DNA of 64,000 bases from Tubulanus polymorphus. Lineage: Eukaryota > Animalia > Nemertea. Shown one piece after another: positions 53,083 through 64,000 of this stretch. How positions within the stretch are numbered: position 1 is the first letter of the stretch; every line of letters starts with the position of its first letter. The stretch spans positions 1,511,950-1,575,949 of the forward strand of contig NC_134026.1 of assembly GCF_964204645.1 (NCBI RefSeq), in the 5' to 3' direction. The notes below the pieces were generated by a model that saw nothing but the letters and a program-made list of their open reading frames with translations, did no database searches and was not told the DNA's origin. The position numbers and the translations under genes were made by a program.

Positions 53083-56000
53083 ATGAAGGTGACATCGGCT
53101 TTATTGCAAAATCTGCACCTGGACAAAAGTTACAGTTTGTTGACAGCGAAGAACATTCAAATTTTGATGAAAATGTTTAATCTATTGGATATTCATCACA
53201 CTCAATCCATGAACGGTAATGTTGAAAACCAAGTGTATGCCTAATGTTAGCCTTACAGAGGATAAGACCCATGATGAACTTTTTTGTTTCATTATAGATG
53301 TCCAGTTTTGGATTTGGATGAAACATTTAGTCGACCTGAACAAGAAACAAATCTACAAGGTTTTCGACCAGTTTGATATTGATGGCTCGGGTGAAATTGA
53401 CTTTGATGAATTTTACCTTCTGAATACGATTCTCATATCAATTCAGGTAGGCTATATAGGCTCTTATGATAATATCAGTCACTGGTAATCACTGGGACGA
53501 GAAATGTGTGAATATTTCTGTATGAAAATCCGCTTAGTACTGTAACCATTGACTTCAAAAATGCTTTAGGCTGCGGGTCCTTATCTTCCCTAAACTGAGA
53601 CTCCGCTTGCCTCGGAAATGTACTTCAAGATTCTATTCTATTTTCATTTTCAAATAAAAATCCACCGATTTGCTTAGAGTATAGGACTTCCGTTAACCTT
53701 AGACGGGGGGATTATAGCACCCGCCTTGAACCTAGGTTTGGGTTCAGCATTTTGGCTTTGAAATGAAAATACATGTATTTTTATTTCTATTTCTCGTAAC
53801 GAGGAACTGCCTTTCCGTTGATTATCCTAATTTAGCTACGGGCCTGTCTATTTATGTAGTTGAATGATGAACTGATGATATTTTGACCTGTGTTTTCCTG
53901 TATTGATAGCTATTTTCCAACCTGTTCACATGTTTTACTATATGCAATGGATTCTTGTACAACGAATGTCTACATTTGATTAAGTTACATTTGTATTTTA
54001 CAAACTTTCACCAATTGTGAGTACAATGCGTTAGATTTCTGAGAATTGATTTTTCATCAGACGCGGACAATGAATCTTAACAGAGAATGAAGCTGTAATA
54101 ACGAGTTCAATGATTTCTTTGTATTAAAGTTAAATTAATATTTCAATCCCCGAGAAGACCCAGGTCAGTTCCAGTACTTTCTGAGACTGTCAGATCACTT
54201 TCAGACAGCCAGTACACTCTCAGTCAATAGGTCGAAGACACATCAGACAGTCAGCATTTGTGGGCCTCGTGAATCATGAATTCTACCCAGATTCAAATTG
54301 GTCGAACTTATAGCAGTAACATAGTCATCATGTCTGTGGTGAACAGATCTGGAATCTACCGTACCGTATCACTGGTCATTGTGCCTGTTATGTTCCTGTT
54401 AGGAGCCTTCGGAAATTCAGCTACTTTCCTGATAATGATAAGTCACAGATTCCGCAGTTTATCTTACGCTAACTATCTGATCGTTTTATCTGCAAGTGAT
54501 TTTATGTACTGTATCAATTTTACTCTGATGCCGGTTTTACAGTTTGTTCTCTTGCACGTTGAAAATGGTGCAATATTCATGTTAAATTCACAGATCAGCT
54601 GTCAAATCTATGAATTTGTAATGATACTTGCATGCAGCAATAGTTCATGGTTAATAGTAGCAATATCTCTAGAACGTGCGGCAGTTGTGCTCTTCCCGTT
54701 CACATCTCGTTTGATATGTACACCGAGATTCGCTAGATTTGCCACAATAATGATTACTGCAGTGAATTTACTAGTTCTATACCTCACACCTGTTTTGTCG
54801 ATGCATTTTACCGACCAGTTTTTGGGATGTTACTGGGAATTATTTGAGCAAATAACATATTTCTCTCTGATTGTTATATATGTTAACATTCTACCTTTAA
54901 CTTTGATTATTACATCAAATTCGGCAATAATATCTCAGTTATTCAGAGGTTCAAAAATGGTTTTATCTGATCAGAAAACTACAAAATCAAAACGTACTAC
55001 AATAATGCTTGTAACAGTTTCACTCGCATTTGCAATATTTACACTTCCATCCACTATTGTTGTATATTTACCAGTCTCACCGGAACAGAGAGAATTTCTA
55101 TTGGACATTTTCACACAATTCCATGTTTCTAACTATGTGGTAAATTTCTACATATATCTCTTACTGGGACGAGAAATTCGTGAATATTTCTGTATGAAAA
55201 TCCGCTGTAGAAATTCACTCAAATAATTCAAGTTTGAGTTTGATTCGTTCTTACGGATGATTGTTCTCTCAATATGACCTTTTTCGGTGGAAAATTGTCC
55301 TTTGGTTAAACAAATAGATACCTTTTGCTGCTCCTTTCTGCTGAGCTTTAATGTACCCGGTCGGCCGCCTATCTACCCTGTACAGTATTATTTTTTAATC
55401 ATGTTTAGGCTAAACCATAACAGGCCGGCAGAAATGAAATGATTACACATTTTATTGCCGTTTGATATTTCTTTAGCCTTAATTAGTATCAATAAAGAAG
55501 TTTCCAGTTTCGCTACAAAGCTCGAATTCATCAAAGCACTCAAAGTCCATTTTCAACCATACGAAAAAAAAGGTAATATATAACCATCAGAAGCAATATC
55601 AGTAATTACAAACCAGTATAAAATCTTATTTTTGCGATTTCTTTTCACAAATCTCAATGTTCAGTGAAATGGCGGTGCGCAGTGGGAGACCCGTTTTGCG
55701 CGTAATCTCAAACTCGAGCGGGTACAGATCAGTCGTCAGGAAAGATATTCAAAATATTTTAACGCAGGCTTAAACTGCAAATAACCCTCTTTAACCTTTG
55801 TGAAAATAGGAAATATGGCTTCAAGAGATACTTAGATATTTCAAAATTAATAGATATTGCGGTTTCTTTTACGCGCGGTTAAGATATGCGGTCCTTGGTT
55901 TCATCCACATCGTCACTGTTCTCAATTGTTGCGTTCAAAAATTGCAAGAATCGCCAGCAAATATCTGCATTTCATTTCCTTTAAAATGGTGTATAAATTA

Positions 56001-57207
56001 AGTTCATCGAGCAAGGGACTGCAGAACTATATGATATTCAATCTAAACTTATGTTTTAAAAATGAGCGCAAATTATCGCAACAATGGGGACCTCGAGGGA
56101 CCGCCACAAAATGGCGCCTATAAACTGGAAACTTCTTTATTAATAACTTGAAATTTCCGACAATGGGATTAGAAACTTGTTATAATCAGAGAGGATGATA
56201 GCAGTTATTTTTAGTGAATAGAGGTCGCCACGCACCGGATTGGTCGCCACACACCCGACTGGTCACCACACACTGGACTGGTCACCACACACTGGACTGG
56301 TGCCACACACCCGACTGGTCGCCACACACCCGACTGGTCGCCACACACCCGACTGGTCGCCACACACCCGACTGGTCGCCACACACCCGACTGGTCGCCA
56401 CACACCCGACTGGTCGCCACACACCGGACTGGTCGCCATACACCCGATTGGTCGCCACACACCTGACTGGTCGCCACACACCCGACTGGTCGCCATACAA
56501 ACTCATGAACTCGAGCTCAGTGGTCTAGTGGTTGGCAAACTTGGCTATCTTCTCGTATGCCCCGGGTTTTTTAATAGTCCAACATTTCGTCATCTTTTTA
56601 AAAGAAGGTTTATTATACGGGTCTATAATCAGCGGTTATAGTTCTAGAATGAAGCCACACTCTACGTCGAACAAACTAACTGAGCAGATCATAATCATAG
56701 ATGCCAGATTCACTTTTTCCACAGGACAAACAAGAGAAACAGTTTATATACCGTCACTCTAGAACGGTTTTCGATCTGATGGACGAAGATGGTTCGAATA
56801 CTATTTCTGCCGATGAATTCGAAAATTTGGGTTTCCTATTTAACGTGGCTGGTGATCCTGTTAAAGATATCTTCGGCGAGTTTGACGTATCCGGAGATCA
56901 GGTAAGTCATACCATCAGAAAATCTCCAATTTTATGAGAATAAATTGTTTTAGTTATTTTGTCGCGTTCGTCTCAGGAATTGGATTATAAGGAATTTAAG
57001 ATGTTCGCCATGGCGTGCATTGACCGTCACAGCGATCTGGAGAGACGTAAAGCTACGAAACTCGAGGAGAAACGACGAAAACGTTTGTTAAAAGAGAAAA
57101 AGCATCTTCTGAGCGAAGCAAAGAAACGAAGGGATTTATTGTTTGCCGTCATGAATAAAATAGAACCGGGAAGCGCCGACCAGTCTAATGAAACTGAATC
57201 AACCTGA
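53083..57207 (+). CDS. EFCAB9: EF-hand calcium-binding domain protein 9-like (CatSper calcium/pH sensor homologue), 4 exons
   Basis: Exons are 53083-53215, 53298-53446, 56725-56901 and 56977-57207. The protein reads MKVTSALLQNLHLDKSYSLLTAKN...LLDIH...DVQFW...VFDQFDIDGSGEIDFDEFY...QFIYRHSRTVFDLMD...FLFN...FDVSGDQELDYKEFK. This follows mammalian EFCAB9 as I recall it (LYLDKIYCLLS, QFMYRHSRPVFDLLD). Confidence 0.85.
54276..55226 (+). CDS. Intronless class A (rhodopsin-like) GPCR, peptide-receptor/chemoreceptor-like, nested in EFCAB9 intron 2
   Basis: The 316-aa ORF has seven hydrophobic segments, with TM1 GN, TM2 LSASD, a TM3 Cys and SLERA, TM6 FxxxxLP and TM7 NFYIY. N-terminal sequons NST and NRS are present. 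Confidence 0.9.
   Translation: MNSTQIQIGRTYSSNIVIMSVVNRSGIYRTVSLVIVPVMFLLGAFGNSATFLIMISHRFRSLSYANYLIVLSASDFMYCINFTLMPVLQFVLLHVENGAIFMLNSQISCQIYEFVMILACSNSSWLIVAISLERAAVVLFPFTSRLICTPRFARFATIMITAVNLLVLYLTPVLSMHFTDQFLGCYWELFEQITYFSLIVIYVNILPLTLIITSNSAIISQLFRGSKMVLSDQKTTKSKRTTIMLVTVSLAFAIFTLPSTIVVYLPVSPEQREFLLDIFTQFHVSNYVVNFYIYLLLGREIREYFCMKIRCRNSLK
56223..56498. repeat. Minisatellite, 19-bp unit CCGACTGGTCGCCACACAC, about 14 copies, in EFCAB9 intron 2
   Basis: The tandem array is directly visible, and it accounts for the repetitive ORFs on both strands. Confidence 0.95.
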
Positions 57208-57817
57208 ATCCGGGGGTTACGTAAATTGATGCTCTCCTCAAAAATGATTGAAATGCGATAGAAAAACATATTTGTAAATTGATTAATTTATTTCGTTAAC
57301 AAATGCAGTTTTCAGAACAAGTAATTCACGAATGATTTCATAACATTCTTCATTCCCGCGCACGATATATTCTACATTCATACAGCGTTTAATATAACTA
57401 ACTCAAAAGTTACATAAAAAGTACAGAACTAGAACGGGTTCAACATTTGTATTTAATCTGGTTCATTTTCAACTATACGTATTATCTTTAAACTCCCCTC
57501 ACTGACTCCACTCGCATCACTTAAATAATAATTCAACTCTCGCAACATTTTATTATATCAATTGTTTCATTTTTTATGATCACTCTAGCACCAAAACTAT
57601 GAAACTGGCCTTAGAGAAACTGAATGTAGATTCAACTTCATTTCAATTATACTCTTCAAGTTAATGATGAAAACAAACTGAAAGATGAACACTTGCATTT
57701 GCAAACAGATTTAAAATCAAAGGAAGACACAAGAAACATAAATTCAGTCACCTATCTCAACATTAAAGACATCACAGAAAATTTGAGGAAATATGAAAAA
57801 AAAAAAAAAATAAATTC

Positions 57818-59534
57818 TCATAAGAATAACGGGTGAATTTGCTTCTTATTCAGTTTTTTACGACACGTCGGGCATCTACGCTGAATATTGATCGCACCAT
57901 TTATACATTCACTACAGAATACATGCCCGCATACAGTAGACATTAGTGTACGTTTTGATGCTCGAATCTACAAGAGAAATAAAAACAAACACACGTCATT
58001 GAACGAGAATTTTATCATTAACAACTACAGTCGAAGTCTGTCATAACGCTGCCATCCTTTCTAATGCCACTACTCGATTAGTGCCAACATTTATCCAGAG
58101 AGAACAAATTTGCCTAATGAAACTCAAATTCAGCGGAAATACTACTCTTTATAACCCTGCCAAATTCGTTAGAATTGTGCCTAAAATGGTGTTATTAAGG
58201 AGTTTTACTTTACAGCAGTCAGAGCAGGGATGGGTCATCATCACAATAAATTGGAGAATTTTTCATATATTGGGTTAAAGAGAGTCTACTCTATCATTTA
58301 CAGTCCAACTTAAATATTTCTAGTCAGGATTTCTCAACAATGAATTCTATACTAAATGATCCACTTTAAGCAGGTTACATAATTTTACCTGACGGTAATT
58401 ATCTAGACACACAGGGCAACTGACAGCTCGACCAGGAGTAAAATCATCTTCTTCTCGATTTGATTTTTTCGTCGGAGTGATGAAATCAGCCGGGGGTAGG
58501 TCGTCAAAAGAATCGTCTGACGATACCGGTGTGTTGATGCGTAAAACCGGGGAAGCTTAACAGAAAATAAAAACAGATGAGGGAATATGCAACAGTGAAG
58601 TACAGCAAACAGGGTTCAGTTTCATGAAAAAAGTTTAAGAGCTAAACGTGATTTGTTCATCTCATCGAAAACATGAAGTAACCAGTAGTAAGCAAACCAA
58701 AATTTTGAGTCGAACTTTTTCGTGACAGTGGGCCCAGAGAGAAGTATTCATCGGTAATATTCCAATGAAAATATTCTTATTTTACCAGTTTTGTTTTAAG
58801 AAACAGTTCAATGCGGTTAAATTCGACTGAACTTTCATCATCCATCAACTCAACTAACCTGAATCTACTACCTGTAATGAAAGAAATGAGAAAAGCAATT
58901 AATACAAGGATCATTTGATAATCTGGGCATCTATTTCAGTTAAAAATACACTTACAACTGGTGCATTATTATTGTTATTATTATTGAATGGTGAAGTTAG
59001 ATCTACAATCTCATGCTCTATTTCAACGTCATCCGTTAAGTCAATGCATAAAGGGTCACCATAATCTGTAAGATAAAACAGGCATCATTGATGTGTGTAT
59101 GATTGATATTACCAAATATTACATCATACTCATCTATATGTCATTCTATTATTCAGACAGGTTTTTGAGATTCATTCAACTATTTCCAGCACTTCCCATT
59201 CGGGAGTATTCTCAATGGAGTTTATGACTTGTGTTGTAAGATCAGCGAGATATTGACACATATCCTGACTGAATAGCATATTTTCACCGGGATCTGAACC
59301 CAAACACCTCTCGAGTCAAATACCTTATCCACCAAGCCATTCAAACCGATGACCCCAGTAATAATTTTCACAAATATTCATTCACACAAGTTGTCTTGAA
59401 TACTCTTTTTCAAACTATTGATTACCTGGCTCCAGATCTAAGTCAATGACTTCTGGCAGTCTTACATCTGTTTCCATATCTGTTTCTGTTGTATTTGGCT
59501 GTCTAACTGCTGCAGATACAGAAGATTGACTCAT
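57818..59534 (-). CDS. RNF4: RNF4-type SUMO-targeted E3 ubiquitin ligase (tandem SIMs plus C-terminal RING), ~182 aa, absent from the ORF track
   Basis: Exons are 59534-59426, 59065-58956, 58871-58859, 58555-58389 and 57967-57818. SIM-like motifs are VIDLD, CIDLT, IVDLT and VVVD. The RING reads CPVCLD...STVCGHVFCSECI...CPTCRKKLNKKQIHPLFL*. The start Met is inferred. Confidence 0.88.
58612..58735. mobile_element. PIF/Harbinger-like MITE (RNF4 intron)
   Basis: GGGTTCAGTTTCATGAAAAAAGTT matches the reverse complement of the right end, GGGCCCACTGTCACGAAAAAGTT. A similar relic lies at ~20110-20206. Confidence 0.5.
59240..59356 (-). mobile_element. tRNA-derived SINE copy 2 (RNF4 intron)
   Basis: The minus strand reads TGGCTTGGTGGATAAGGTATTTGACTCGAGAGGTGTTTGGGTTCAGATCCCGGTGAAAATATGCTATTCAGTCAGGATATGTGTCAATATC. 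It has A and B boxes and shares its body with 14863-14960. Confidence 0.7.
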
Positions 59535-59719
59535 TCGACTTCGCCGCCGATGACGAGTTTCCTATTCAAAAAAAAAATTAGTAAGGTAAAACAAAAGAAT
59601 GAATAATGGCTCAAAGACTTGAGATTTTTCTGAATACCACTGGGCTCCGGCAACAGGTGACCTTTTCGGCCTTACTACGCCTACTAAATGAAACTTTAAA
59701 CTGTAGTAGTGTAGCAGGT

Positions 59720-59805
59720 AGTCAGTAACCTGTCTGTGGTTTAGTTTCACAATCGGATATTTTCACAAACCACAAAAGTTGGTATAAGCAGACAGGTTAC
59801 TGACT
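59720..59805. repeat. 86-bp foldback with a perfect 17-bp inverted repeat
   Basis: AGTCAGTAACCTGTCTG (59720-59736) pairs with CAGACAGGTTACTGACT (59789-59805). An inner TGTGGTTT/AAACCACA pair is also present. Confidence 0.85.
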
Positions 59806-60184
59806 GACTAAAGGACAGTTGCTGAATCTACACTTACAAGCTACATTTATAAAACTAAAACTACCATCGATAACGATTTTCATAGTAATGAATAGGTCTA
59901 TACTAAATGTGCAAAGCTTTTATTCCAGAAACACAGGTCTGTCTAAATAAAGCGGAATTTGCATTTGGATTTACTGCAGTGTCACTGTCAGTTGACTTGT
60001 CAAGACATGTTGACTGTTACATAAACGCGTTTTACAGAGTTAAGACATAAAAAGTGGAACAAAGAACCTTATCATATATTAGCCAGTAACATATAGATAT
60101 TACACCGCTCAGACTACGTACCATACGGTAATCGTTCTAATTAGACTCGGGATTTTAAAAACAGTGCAAAATTTCAAAAACCCT

Positions 60185-60317
60185 TCAACATCTTACTCGC
60201 TAGATGGCGTTCTTTGAAAACAGTCTGCTACTTCCGGGTTGAATTTTTTCTAGTTACCTGCAGTTTTTGATGAAATAAGTGATCCAGCACGGTGGCAGTT
60301 CTTGAAAATCGTAGAAA
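60185..60317. promoter_or_regulatory. Bidirectional promoter for RNF4 (-) and ERCC4 (+)
   Basis: A minus-strand donor gtaaga at ~60193 marks an RNF4 5'UTR exon. A YY1-like AGATGGCG is at ~60202, an Ets/GABP ACTTCCGG at ~60229, and the XPF ATG at 60318. Confidence 0.6.

Positions 60318-64000
<3,683 letters not shown>

Noticed and set aside
55665-56125. Possible DNA-transposon relic downstream of the GPCR
   Set aside because: The GC-richer ends hint at an element, but I could not define terminal repeats or a target duplication.
56211-56641. Repetitive ORFs on both strands
   Set aside because: They are translations of the 19-bp minisatellite, with no splice or domain support.

Overview
This is AT-rich, intron-dense genomic DNA from a compact-genome bilaterian invertebrate; a lophotrochozoan origin is my impression only. 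It is not prokaryotic, and there is no CRISPR array or operon. Hand-splicing across GT-AG boundaries gives eleven protein-coding genes in order: a PLPP/wunen-type phospholipid phosphatase (+), an unrecognised 205-aa type-I membrane protein with a PPxY motif (-), ROCK (-), MRPL13 (+), an alpha-arrestin/ARRDC (-), geminin (+), peroxidasin (-), EFCAB9 (+) with an intronless rhodopsin-type GPCR nested in its intron 2, an RNF4-type SUMO-targeted ubiquitin ligase (-), and ERCC4/XPF (+, cut off by the window end). A U4 spliceosomal snRNA gene lies in a PLPP intron. There are two minisatellites (34 bp and 19 bp units), a tRNA-derived SINE family and several MITE or foldback elements. The best leads are the orphan PY-motif membrane protein, the intronic U4 with a variant Sm site, a 6-nt microexon in ROCK, the nested GPCR with an upstream 44-bp copy of its 3' end, a beta-TrCP-type degron in geminin, a degenerate furin site in peroxidasin, and the RNF4/XPF head-to-head pair. 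I found no clearly new multi-gene system. All gene models are read by eye with no database or RNA evidence, and exon coordinates marked ~ may be off by a few bases.
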